The notes beneath the pieces were generated by a model, which had not been told where the DNA came from, made no database searches, and saw only the letters and a list, made by a program, of their open reading frames with translations. Source: Eledone cirrhosa (taxonomy: Eukaryota). From it: 64,000 bases of DNA. The stretch spans positions 135,780,001 through 135,844,000 of the forward strand of contig OZ024743.1 in the NCBI GenBank assembly GCA_964016885.1, in the 5' to 3' direction. Positions 36,701 through 48,200 of the stretch are shown here, one piece after another (position 1 is the first letter of the stretch; each line of letters begins with the position of its first letter). Made by a program: the position numbers and the translations under genes.

Positions 36701-39700
36701 GGTGCTTGGTGCTTGGTGTTTGCTGTTTGCTGTTTGCTGTTTAGTGTTTGTTGTTTGGTGTTTGTTGTTTGGTGTTTGCTGTTTGGTGTTTGGTGTTTGC
36801 TTTTTGGTGTTTGGTGTTTGCTGTATGTTGTTTGGTGTTTGGTGTTTGCTGTTTGGTGTTTGGTGCTTGTTGCTTGGTGTTTGGTGCTTGGTGCTTGGTG
36901 TTTGGTGCCTGGTGCTTGGTGCTTGGTGCTTTGTGTTTGGTGTTTGGTGCTTGGTGCTTGGAGTTTTTGTGTTTGGTGCTTGGTGCTTGGTGTTTCGTGT
37001 TTAGTGTTTGGTTTTTGGTGCTTGGTACTTGGTGCTTGGTCCTTGGTGTTTGGTGCTGGGTGCATTGTTTTTGGTGCTTGGTGCTTGGTGCTTGGTGTTT
37101 GGTGTTTGCTGCTTGGTGTTTGATGCTTGGTGCTTGGTGGTTGGTGTTTTGTGTTTGGTGCTTGGTGCTTGGTGTTTGGTGCTTGGTGCTTGGTGCTTGG
37201 TGTTTGTACTTGGTGCTTGGTGATTGGTGTTTGGTTCTTGGTTCTTGGTGTTTGGTGTTTGGCGTTTGGTGTTTGGTGCTTGGTGCTTGGTGTTTGGTGC
37301 TTGGTGCTTGGTGTTTGGTGTTTGGTGCTTGGTGCTTGGTGCTTGGTGCTTGGTCCTTGGTGTTTGGTGCTGGGTGCTTTGTGTTTTGTGCTTGGTGCTT
37401 GGTGTTTGGTGTTTGCTGCTTGGTGTTTGATGCTTGGTGCTTGGTGCTTGGTGTTTTGTTTTTGGTGCTTGGTTCTTGGTGTTTGGTGCTTGGTGCTTGG
37501 TACTTGGTGTTTGTACTTGGTGCTTGGTGCTTGGTGTTTGGTTCTTGGTTCTTGGTGTTTGGTACTTGGTGCTTGGTGCTTGATGTTTGGTGTTTGGTGC
37601 TTGGTGTTTGGTGCTTGGTACTTGGTGCTTGGTGCTTGGTGTTAGGTGTTTGGTGCTTGGTGCTTGGTGTTTGGTTTTTGGTGCTTGGTGCTTGGTGTTT
37701 GGTGTTTGGTCCTTGCTGCTGGCTGCTTGGTGTTTGATGCTTGGTGATTGGTGCTTGGTGTTTTGTGCTTGGTGTTTGGTGTTTGGTGCTAGGTGCTTGG
37801 TGTTTGGTGCTTGGTGCTTGGTGCTTGGTGTTTGGTGTTTGGTGTTAGGTGCTTGATGCTTGGTGTTTGGTGCTTGGTGCTGGGTGGTTGGTGTTTAGTG
37901 CTTGGTGTTTGGTGCTGGGTGCTTGGTGTTTGGTGCTTGGTGCTTGGTCTTTGGTGCTTGGTGTTTGGTGTTTGGTGCTTGGTGCTTGGTGATTGGTGTT
38001 TGGTGCTTGGTGCTTAGTGTTTGGTGCTTGGTGCTTAGTGTTTGGTGCTAGGTGCTTGGTGTTTGGTGCTTGGTGCTTGGTGTGTGGTGCCTGGTGCTTG
38101 GTGTTTGGTGTTTGGTGTTTGGTGCTTGGTGCTTGGTGTTTGGTGTTTGCTGTTTGCTGTTTGGTGTTTGTTGTTTGGTGTTTGTTGTTTGGTGTTTGCT
38201 GTTTGGTGTTTGGTGTTTGCTTTTTGGTGTTTGGTGTTTGCTGTATGTTGTTTGCTGTTTGGTGTTTGGTGTTTGGTGTTTGGTGCTTGGTGCTTGCTGC
38301 TGGCTACTTGGTGTTTGATGCATGGTGATTTGTGCTTGGTGTTTGGTGCTTGGTGTTTGGTGTTTGATGCTTGGTGCTTGGTGTTTGGTGTTTGATGCTT
38401 GGTGCTTGGTGCTTGGTGCTTGGTGCTTGGTGTTTGGTGCTTGGTGTTTGGTGTTTGGTGCTTGGTTATTGGTGTTTCTACTTGGTGCTTGGTGCTTGGT
38501 TCTTGGTATTTGGTGCTTGGTGCTTGGTGTTTGGTGTTATATGCTTGGTGTTTGATGCTTGGTGCTTGGTGCTTGGTGTTTGGTGTTTGGTGTTTGATGC
38601 TTGGTGCTTGGTGTTTGGTGCTTGGTGCTTGGTGTTTGTACTTGGTGCTTGGTGCTTGGTGCTTGGTGTTTGGTGCTTGGTATTTGGTGCTTGGTGCTTG
38701 GTGCTTGGTCCTTGGTGCTTGGTGTTTGGTGGTTGGTGTTTGGTGGTTGGTGTTAGGTGTTTGGTGCTTGGTGCCTGGTGTTTGGTGTTTGGTGCTTGGT
38801 GTTTGGTGTTTGGTGCTTGGTGTTTGGTGCTTGGTACTTGGTGCTTGGTGCTTGGTGTTAGGTGTTTGGTGCTTGGTGTTTGGTGCTTGGTGTTTGGTGC
38901 TTGGTGCTTGGTGCTTGGTGTTTGGTGGTTGGTGTTTGGTGCTTGGTGTTTGGTGCTTGGTGTTACGTGTTTGGTGCTTGGTGCTTGGTGTTTGGTGTTT
39001 GGTGCTTGGTGTTTGGTGTTTGGTGCTTGGTGTTTGGTGCTTTTTGCTTGGTGCTTGGTGCTTGGTGTTTGGTGCTGGGTGCTTGGTGCTTGGTGTTTGG
39101 TGTTATATGCTTGGTGTTTGATGCTTGGTGCTTGGTGCTTGGTGTTTGGTGTTTGGTGCTTGGTGTTTGATGCTTGGTGCTTGGTGCTTGGTGATTGGTG
39201 TTTGGTGCTGGGTGTTTGGTGCTTGGTGCTTGGTGTTTGGTGCTTGGTGTTTGGTGCTTGGTGTTTGGTGCTTGGTGCTTGGTGCTTGGTGCTTGGTGTT
39301 TGGTGTTTGGTGCTTGGTGTTTGGTGCTTGGTACTTGGTGCTTGGTGCTTGGTGTTAGGTGTTTGGTGCTTGGTGCTTGGTGTCTGGTTTTTGGTGCTTG
39401 GTGCTTGGTGTTTGGTGCTTGCTGCTGGCTGCTTGGTGTTTGGTGCTTGGTGATTGGTGCTTGGTGTTTGGTGTTTGGTGCTAGGTGCTAGGTGTTTGGT
39501 GCTTGGTGCTTGGTGTTTGGTGCTTGGTGCTTGGTGTTTGGTGCTTGGTGTTTGGTGCTTGGTGTTTGGTGCTTGGTGCTTGGTGCTTGGTGTTTGGTGC
39601 TTGGTGTTTGGTGCTTGGTGTTAGGTGTTTGGTGCTTGGTGCTTGGTGTTTGGTGTTTGGTGCTTGGTGTTTGGTGTTTGGTGTTATATGCTTGGTGTTT

Positions 39701-41370
39701 GATGCTTGGTGCTTGGTGCTTGGTGTTTGGTGCTTGGTGTTTGATGCTTGGTGCTTGGTGCTTGGTGTTTGGTGCTTGGTGCTTGGTGTTTGTACTTGGT
39801 GCTTGGTGCTTGGTTCTTGGTGTTTGGTTCTTGGTGTTTGGTGTTTGGTGCTTGGTGTTTGGTGTTTGGTGTTATATGCTTGGTGTTTGATGCTTGGTGC
39901 TTGGTGCTTGGTGTTTGGTGCTTGGTGTTTGATGCTTCGTGCTTGGTGCTTGGTGTTTGGTGCTTGGTGCTTGGTGTTTGTACTTGGTGCTTGGTGCTTG
40001 GTTCTTGGTGTTTGGTGCTTGGTGCTTGGTGTTTGGTGCTTGGTGCTTGGTGTTTGGTGCTTGGTGTTTGGTGCTTGGTGTTTGGTGCTTGGTGCTTGGT
40101 GCTTAGTGCTTGGTGTTTGGTGCTTGGTGTTAGGTGTTTGGTGCTTGGTGCTTGGTGTTTGGTGTTTGGTGCTTGGTGTTTGGTGCTTGGTGTTTGGTGT
40201 TAGGTGTTTGGTGCTTGGTGTTTGGTGTTTGGTTCTTGGTGTTTGGTGCTTGGTGTTTGGTGCTTGGTGTTTGGTGCTTGGTATTTGGTGCTTGGTGCTT
40301 CGTATTAGGTGTTTGGTGCTTGGTGCTTGGTGTTTGGTTTTTGGTGCTTGGTGCTTGGTGTTTGGTGTTTGGTGCTTGCTGCTGGCTGCTTGGTGTTTGA
40401 TGCTTGGTGATTGGTGCTTGGTGTTTTGTGCTTGGTGTTTGGTGTTTGGTGCTAGGTGCTTGGTGTTTGGTGCTTGGTGCTTGGTGCTTGGTGTTTGGTG
40501 TTTGGTTTTAGGTGCTTGGTGCTTGGTGTTTGGTGCTTGGTGCTGGGTGGTTGGTGTTTAGTGCTTGGTGTTTGGTGCTGGGTGCTTGGTGTTTGGTGCT
40601 TGGTGCTTGGTCTTTGGTGCTTGGTGTTTGGTGTTTGGTGCTTGGTGCTTGGTGCTTGGTGTTTGGTGCTTGGTGCTTGGTGTTTGGTGCTTGGTGCTTA
40701 GTGTTTGGTGCTTGGTGCTTAGTGTTTGGTGTTTGGTGCTTGGTGCTTGGTGTTTGGTACTTACTGTTTGGTGCTTGGTGCTTGGTGTTTGGTGTTTGCT
40801 GTTTGCTGTTTGGTGTTTGATGTTTGGTGTTTGTTGTTTGGTGTTTGCTGTTGGGTGTTTGGTGTTTGCTTTTTGGTGTTTGGTGTTTGCTGTATGTTGT
40901 TTGGTGTTTGGTGTTTGGTGTTTGGTGTTTGGTGCTTGTTGCTTGGTGTTTGGTGCTTGGTGCTTGGTGTTTGGTGCCTGGTGCTTGGTGCTAGGTGCTT
41001 GGTGTTTGGTGTTTGGTGCTTGGTGCTTGGAGTTTGGTGTTTGGTGCTTGGTGCTTGGTGTTTCGTGTTTCGTGTTTGGTTTTTGGTGCTTGGTGCTTGG
41101 TGCTTGGTCCTTGGTGTTTGGTGCTGGGTGCATTGTGTTTGGTGCTTGGTGCTTGGTGCTTGGTGTTTGGTGTTTGCTGCTTGGTGTTTGATGCTTGGTG
41201 CTTGGTGGTTGGTGTTTTGTGTTTGTTGCTTGGTGCTTGGTGTTTGGTGCTTGGTGCTTGGTGCTTGGTGTTTGTACTTGGTGCTTGGTGATTGGTGTTT
41301 GGTTCTTGGTTCTTGGTGTTTGGTGTTTGGCGTTTGGTGTTTGGTGCTTGGTGCTTGGTGTTTGGTGCTT
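24800..41370. repeat. Tandem duplication of about 8.3 kb (about 24800-33105 and 33105-41370); each copy is a dimer of diverged 4.0-4.3 kb subunits
   Basis: Offset 8304 (25278/33582, 26069/34373, 27060/35364, 28076/36380), then 8311, 8276 and 8255 (29738/37993, 31230/39485, 32740/40995); every step is a multiple of 7. Shared private variants GCTGTTGATT (26165/34469), GTCAGATG (27547/35851) and GGAGTTTTTG (28649/36960). A subunit marker ORF recurs at 25278, 29311, 33582, 37587 and 41781. Confidence 0.94.
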
Positions 41371-41649
41371 GGTGCTTGGTGTTTGGTGCCTGGTGCTTGG
41401 TGCTTGGTGCTTGGTGTTTGGTGTTTGGTGCTTGGTGCTTGGTGCTTGGAGTTTGGTGTTTGGTGCTTGGTGCTTTGTGTTTTGTGTTTGGTGTTTGGTT
41501 TTTGGTGCTTGGTGCTTGGTCCTTGGTGTTTGGTGCTGGGTGCTTTGTGTTTTGTGCTTGGTGCTTGGTGTTTGGTGTTTGCTGCTTGGTGTTTGATGCT
41601 TGGTGCTTGGTGCTTGGTGTTTTGTTTTTGGTGCTTGGTTCTTGGTGTT

Positions 41650-44600
41650 TGGTGCTTGGTGCTTGGTACTTGGTGTTTGTACTTGGTGCTTGGTGCTTGG
41701 TGTTTGGTTCTTGGTTCTTGGTGTTTGGTACTTGGTGCTTGGTGCTTGATGTTTGGTACTTGGTGCTTGGTGCTTGATGTTTGGTGTTTGGTGCTTGGTG
41801 TTTGGTGCTTGGTACTTGGTGCTTGGTGCTTGGTGTTAGGTGTTTGGTGCTTGGTGCTTGGTGTTTGGTTTTTGGTGCTTGGTGCTTGGTGTTTGGTGTT
41901 TGGTGCTTGCTGCTGGCTGCTTGGTGTTTGATGCTTGGTGATTGGTGCTTGGTGTTTTGTGCTTGGTGTTTGGTGTTTGGTGCTAGGTGCTTGGTGTTTG
42001 GTGCTTGGTGCTTGGTGCTTGGTGTTTGGTGTTTGGTGTTAGGTGCTTGATGCTTGGTGTTTGGTGCTTGGTGCTGGGTGGTTGGTGTTTAGTGCTTGGT
42101 GTTTGGTGCTGGGTGCTTGGTGTTTGGTGCTTGGTGCTTGGTCTTTGGTGCTTGGTGTTTGGTGTTTGGTGCTTGGTGCTTGGTGCTTGGTGTTTGGTGC
42201 TTGGTGCTTGGTGTTTGGTGCTTGGTGCTTAGTGTTTGGTGCTTGGTGCTTAGTGTTTGGTGCTAGGTGCTTGGTGTTTGGTGCTTGGTGCTTGGTGTGT
42301 GGTGCCTGGTGCTTGGTGTTTGGTGTTTGGTGTTTGGTGCTTGGTGCTTGGTCTTTGGTGCTTGGTGTTTGGTGTTTGGTGCTTGGTGCTTGGTGCTTGG
42401 TGTTTGGTGCTTGGTGCTTGGTGTTTGGTGCTTGGTGCTTAGTGTTTGGTGCTTGGTGCTTAGTGTTTGGTGCTAGGTGCTTGGTGTTTGGTGCTTGGTG
42501 CTTGGTGTGTGGTGCCTGGTGCTTGGTGTTTGGTGTTTGCTGTTTGCTGTTTGGTGTTTGTTGTTTGGTGTTTGTTGTTTGGTGTTTGCTGTTTGGTGCT
42601 TGGTGTTTGCTTTTTGGTGTTTGGTGTTTGCTGTATGTTGTTTGCTGTTTGGTGTTTGGTGTTTGGTGTTTGGTGCTTGGTGCTTGGTGTTTGGTGCTTG
42701 GTGCTTGGTGTTTGGTGCCTGGTGCTTGGTGCTTGGTGCTTGGTGTTTGGTGTTTGGTGCTTGGTGCTTGGAGTTTGGTGTTTGGTGCTTGGTGCTTGGT
42801 GTTTCGTGTTTCGTGTTTGGTTTTTGGTGCTTGGTGCTTGGTGCTTGGTGTTTGGTGTTTGGTGCTGGGTGCATTGTGTTTGGTGCTTGGTGCTTGGTGC
42901 TTGGTGTTTGGTGTTTGCTGCTTGGTGTTTGATGCTTGGTGCTTGGTGCTTGGTGTTTTGTGTTTGGTGCTTGGTGCTTGGTGTTTGGTGCTTGGTGCTT
43001 GGTGCTTGGTGTTTGTACTTGGTGCTTGGTGTTTGGTTCTTGGTTCTTGGTGTTTGGTGTTTGGCGTTTGGTGTTTGGTGCTTGGTGCTTGGTGTTTGGT
43101 GCTTGGTGCTTGGTGTTTGGTGCCTGGTGCTTGGTGCTTGGTGCTTGGTGTTTGGTGTTTGCTGTTTGCTGTTTGGTGTTTGTTGTTTGGTGTTTGTTGT
43201 TTGGTGTTTGCTGTTTGGCGTTTGGTGTTTGCTTTTTGGTGTTTGGTGTTTGCTGTATGTTGTTTGCTGTTTGGTGTTTGGTGTTTGGTGTTTGGTGCTT
43301 GGTGCTTGCTGCTGGCTGCTTGGTGTTTGATGCATGGTGATTTGTGCTTGGTGTTTGGTGCTTGGTGTTTGGTGTTTGATGCTTGGTGCTTGGTGTTTGG
43401 TGTTTGATGCTTGGTGCTTGGTGCTTGGTGCTTGGTGCTTGGTGTTTGGTGCTTGGTGTTTGGTGTTAGCTGTTTGGTGCTTGGTGCTTGGTACTTGGTG
43501 TTTGTACTTGGTGCTTGGTGCTTGGTGTTTGGTTCTTGGTTCTTGGTGTTTGGTACTTGGTGCTTGGTGCTTGATGTTTGGTACTTGGTGCTTGGTGCTT
43601 GATGTTTGGTGTTTGGTGCTTGGTGTTTGGTGCTTGGTACTTGGTGCTTGGTGCTTGGTGTTAGGTGTTTGGTGCTTGGTGCTTGGTGTTTGGTTTTTGG
43701 TGCTTGGTGCTTGGTGTTTGGTGTTTGGTGCTTGCTGCTGGCTGCTTGGTGTTTGATGCTTGGTGATTGGTGCTTGGTGTTTTGTGCTTGGTGTTTGGTG
43801 TTTGGTGCTAGGTGCTTGGTGTTTGGTGCTTGGTGCTTGGTGCTTGGTGTTTGGTGTTTGGTGTTAGGTGCTTGATGCTTGGTGTTTGGTGCTTGGTGCT
43901 GGGTGGTTGGTGTTTAGTGCTTGGTGTTTGGTGCTGGGTGCTTGGTGTTTGGTGCTTGGTGCTTGGTCTTTGGTGCTTGGTGTTTGGTGTTTGGTGCTTG
44001 GTGCTTGGTGCTTGGTGTTTGGTGCTTGGTGCTTGGTGTTTGGTGCTTGGTGCTTAGTGTTTGGTGCTTGGTGCTTAGTGTTTGGTGCTAGGTGCTTGGT
44101 GTTTGGTGCTTGGTGCTTGGTGTGTGGTGCCTGGTGCTTGGTGTTTGGTGTTTGGTGTTTGGTGCTTGGTGCTTGGTCTTTGGTGCTTGGTGTTTGGTGT
44201 TTGGTGCTTGGTGCTTGGTGCTTGGTGTTTGGTGCTTGGTGCTTGGTGTTTGGTGCTTGGTGCTTAGTGTTTGGTGCTTGGTGCTTAGTGTTTGGTGCTA
44301 GGTGCTTGGTGTTTGGTGCTTGGTGCTTGGTGTGTGGTGCCTGGTGCTTGGTGTTTGGTGTTTGCTGTTTGCTGTTTGGTGTTTGTTGTTTGGTGTTTGT
44401 TGTTTGGTGTTTGCTGTTTGGTGCTTGGTGTTTGCTTTTTGGTGTTTGGTGTTTGCTGTATGTTGTTTGCTGTTTGGTGTTTGGTGTTTGGTGTTTGGTG
44501 CTTGGTGCTTGGTGTTTGGTGCTTGGTGCTTGGTGTTTGGTGCCTGGTGCTTGGTGCTTGGTGCTTGGTGTTTGGTGTTTGGTGCTTGGTGCTTGGAGTT

Positions 44601-45290
44601 TGGTGTTTGGTGCTTGGTGCTTGGTGTTTCGTGTTTCGTGTTTGGTTTTTGGTGCTTGGTGCTTGGTGCTTGGTGTTTGGTGTTTGGTGCTGGGTGCATT
44701 GTGTTTGGTGCTTGGTGCTTGGTGCTTGGTGTTTGGTGTTTGCTGCTTGGTGTTTGATGCTTGGTGCTTGGTGCTTGGTGTTTTGTGTTTGGTGCTTGGT
44801 GCTTGGTGTTTGGTGCTTGGTGCTTGGTGCTTGGTGTTTGTACTTGGTGCTTGGTGTTTGGTTCTTGGTTCTTGGTGTTTGGTGTTTGGCGTTTGGTGTT
44901 TGGTGCTTGGTGCTTGGTGTTTGGTGCTTGGTGCTTGGTGTTTGGTGCCTGGTGCTTGGTGCTTGGTGCTTGGTGTTTGGTGTTTGCTGTTTGCTGTTTG
45001 GTGTTTGTTGTTTGGTGTTTGTTGTTTGGTGTTTGCTGTTTGGCGTTTGGTGTTTGCTTTTTGGTGTTTGGTGTTTGCTGTATGTTGTTTGCTGTTTGGT
45101 GTTTGGTGTTTGGTGTTTGGTGCTTGGTGCTTGCTGCTGGCTGCTTGGTGTTTGATGCATGGTGATTTGTGCTTGGTGTTTGGTGCTTGGTGTTTGGTGT
45201 TTGATGCTTGGTGCTTGGTGTTTGGTGTTTGATGCTTGGTGCTTGGTGCTTGGTGCTTGGTGCTTGGTGTTTGGTGCTTGGTGTTTGGTG
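41650..45290. repeat. Apparently identical 1825-bp tandem duplication (about 41650-43465 and 43475-45290)
   Basis: Matching ORFs 42043..43407/43868..45232, 42460/44285, 41781/43606 and 42936/44761, all at offset 1825. Confidence 0.93.
42120..42540. repeat. 210-bp (30-monomer) tandem duplication; also at about 43.95, 48.85 and 53.85 kb
   Basis: Markers GGTCTTT, AGTGTTT x2, GGTGCTA and GGTGTGT-GGTGCCT appear twice, 210 bp apart (GGTGTGT at 42294 and 42504). Confidence 0.88.
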
Positions 45291-48200
45291 TTTGGTGCTT
45301 GGTTATTGGTGTTTCTACTTGGTGCTTGGTGCTTGGTTCTTGGTATTTGGTGCTTGGTGCTTGGTGTTTGGTGTTATATGCTTGGTGTTTGATGCTTGGT
45401 GCTTGGTGCTTGGTGTTTGGTGTTTGGTGTTTGATGCTTGGTGCTTGGTGTTTGGTGCTTGGTGCTTGGTGTTTGTACTTGGTGCTTGGTGCTTGGTGCT
45501 TGGTGTTTGGTGCTTGGTATTTGGTGCTTGGTGCTTGGTGCTTGGTCCTTGGTGCTTGGTGTTTGGTGGTTGGTGTTTGGTGGTTGGTGTTAGGTGTTTG
45601 GTGCTTGGTGCTTGGTGTTTGGTGTTTGGTGCTTGGTGTTTGGTGTTTGGTGCTTGGTGTTTGGTGCTTGGTACTTGGTGCTTGGTGCTTGGTGTTAGGT
45701 GTTTGGTGCTTGGTGTTTGGTGCTTGGTGTTTGGTGCTTGGTGCTTGGTGCTTGGTGTTTGGTGGTTGGTGTTTGGTGCTTGGTGTTTGGTGCTTGGTGT
45801 TACGTGTTTGGTGCTTGGTGCTTGGTGTTTGGTGTTTGGTGCTTGGTGTTTGGTGTTTGGTGCTTGGTGTTTGGTGCTTTTTGCTTGGTGCTTGGTGCTT
45901 GGTGTTTGGTGCTGGGTGCTTGGTGCTTGGTGTTTGGTGTTATATGCTTGGTGTTTGATGCTTGGTGCTTGGTGCTTGGTGTTTGGTGTTTGGTGCTTGG
46001 TGTTTGATGCTTGGTGCTTGGTGCTTGGTGTTTGGTGTTTGGTGCTGGGTGTTTGGTGCTTGGTGCTTGGTGTTTGGTGCTTGGTGTTTGGTGCTTGGTG
46101 TTTGGTGCTTGGTGCTTGGTGCTTGGTGCTTGGTGTTTGGTGTTTGGTGCTTGGTGTTTGGTGCTTGGTACTTGGTGCTTGGTGCTTGGTGTTAGGTGTT
46201 TGGTGCTTGGTGCTTGGTGTCTGGTTTTTGGTGCTTGGTGCTTGGTGTTTGGTGCTTGCTGCTGGCTGCTTGGTGTTTGGTGCTTGGTGATTGGTGCTTG
46301 GTGTTTGGTGTTTGGTGCTAGGTGCTTGGTGTTTGGTGCTTGGTGCTTGGTGTTTGGTGCTTGGTGCTTGGTGTTTGGTGCTTGGTGTTTGGTGCTTGGT
46401 GTTTGGTGCTTGGTGCTTGGTGCTTGGTGTTTGGTGCTTGGTGTTTGGTGCCTGGTGTTAGGTGTTTGGTGCTTGGTGCTTGGTGTTTGGTGTTTGGTGC
46501 TTGGTGTTTGGTGTTTGGTGTTATATGCTTGGTGTTTGATGCTTGGTGCTTGGTGCTTGGTGTTTGGTGCTTGGTGTTTGATGCTTGGTGCTTGGTGCTT
46601 GGTGTTTGGTGCTTGGTGCTTGGTGTTTGTACTTGGTGCTTGGTGCTTGGTTCTTGGTGTTTGGTTCTTGGTGTTTGGTGTTTGGTGCTTGGTGTTTGGT
46701 GTTTGGTGTTATATGCTTGGTGTTTGATGCTTGGTGCTTGGTGCTTGGTGTTTGGTGCTTGGTGTTTGATGCTTGGTGCTTGGTGCTTGGTGTTTGGTGC
46801 TTGGTGCTTGGTGTTTGTACTTGGTGCTTGGTGCTTGGTTCTTGGTGTTTGGTGCTTGGTGCTTGGTGTTTGGTGCTTGGTGCTTGGTGTTTGGTGCTTG
46901 GTGTTTGGTGCTTGGTGTTTGGTGCTTGGTGCTTGGTGCTTAGTGCTTGGTGTTTGGTGCTTGGTGTTAGGTGTTTGGTGCTTGGTGCTTGGTGTTTGGT
47001 GTTTGGTGCTTGGTGTTTGGTGCTTGGTGTTTGGTGTTAGGTGTTTGGTGCTTGGTGTTTGGTGTTTGGTTCTTGGTGTTTGGTGCTTGGTGTTTGGTGC
47101 TTGGTGTTTGGTGCTTGGTACTTGGTGCTTGGTGCTTCGTATTAGGTGTTTGGTGCTTGGTGCTTGGTGTTTGGTTTTTGGTGCTTGGTGCTTGGTGTTT
47201 GGTGTTTGGTGCTTGCTGCTGGCTGCTTGGTGTTTGATGCTTGGTGATTGGTGCTTGGTGTTTTGTGCTTGGTGTTTGGTGTTTGGTGCTAGGTGCTTGG
47301 TGTTTGGTGCTTGGTGCTTGGTGCTTGGTGTTTGGTGTTTGGTTTTAGGTGCTTGGTGCTTGGTGTTTGGTGCTTGGTGCTGGATGGTTGGTGTTTAGTG
47401 CTTGGTGTTTGGTGCTGTGTGCTTGGTGTTTGGTGCTTGGTGCTTGGTCTTTGGTGCTTGGTGTTTGGTGTTTGGTGCTTGGTGCTTGGTGCTTGGTGTT
47501 TGGTGCTTGGTGCTTGGTGTTTGGTGCTTGGTGCTTAGTGTTTGGTGCTTGGTGCTTAGTGTTTGGTGTTTGGTGCTTGGTGCTTGGTGTTTGGTGCTTA
47601 CTGTTTGGTGCTTGGTGCTTGGTGTTTGGTGTTTGCTGTTTGCTGTTTGGTGTTTGTTGTTTGGTGTTTGTTGTTTGGTGTTTGCTGTTTGGTGTTTGGT
47701 GTTTGCTTTTTGGTGTTTGGTGTTTGCTGTATGTTGTTTGGTGTTTGGTGTTTGGTGTTTGGTGTTTGGTGCTTGTTGCTTGGTGTTTGGTGCTTGGTGC
47801 TTGGTGTTTGGTGCCTGGTGCTTGGTGCTAGGTGCTTGGTGTTTGGTGTTTGGTGCTTGGTGCTTGGAGTTTGGTGTTTGGTGCTTGGTGCTTGGTGTTT
47901 CGTGTTTCGTGTTTGGTTTTTGGTGCTTGGTGCTTGGTGCTTGGTCCTTGGTGTTTGGTGCTGGGTGCATTGTGTTTGGTGCTTGGTGCTTGGTGCTTGG
48001 TGTTTGGTGTTTGCTGCTTGGTGTTTGATGCTTGGTGCTTGGTGGTTGGTGTTTTGTGTTTGTTGCTTGGTGCTTGGTGTTTGGTGCTTGGTGCTTGGTG
48101 CTTGGTGTTTGTACTTGGTGCTTGGTGATTGGTGTTTGGTTCTTGGTTCTTGGTGTTTGGTGTTTGGCGTTTGGTGTTTGGTGCTTGGTGCTTGGTGTTT

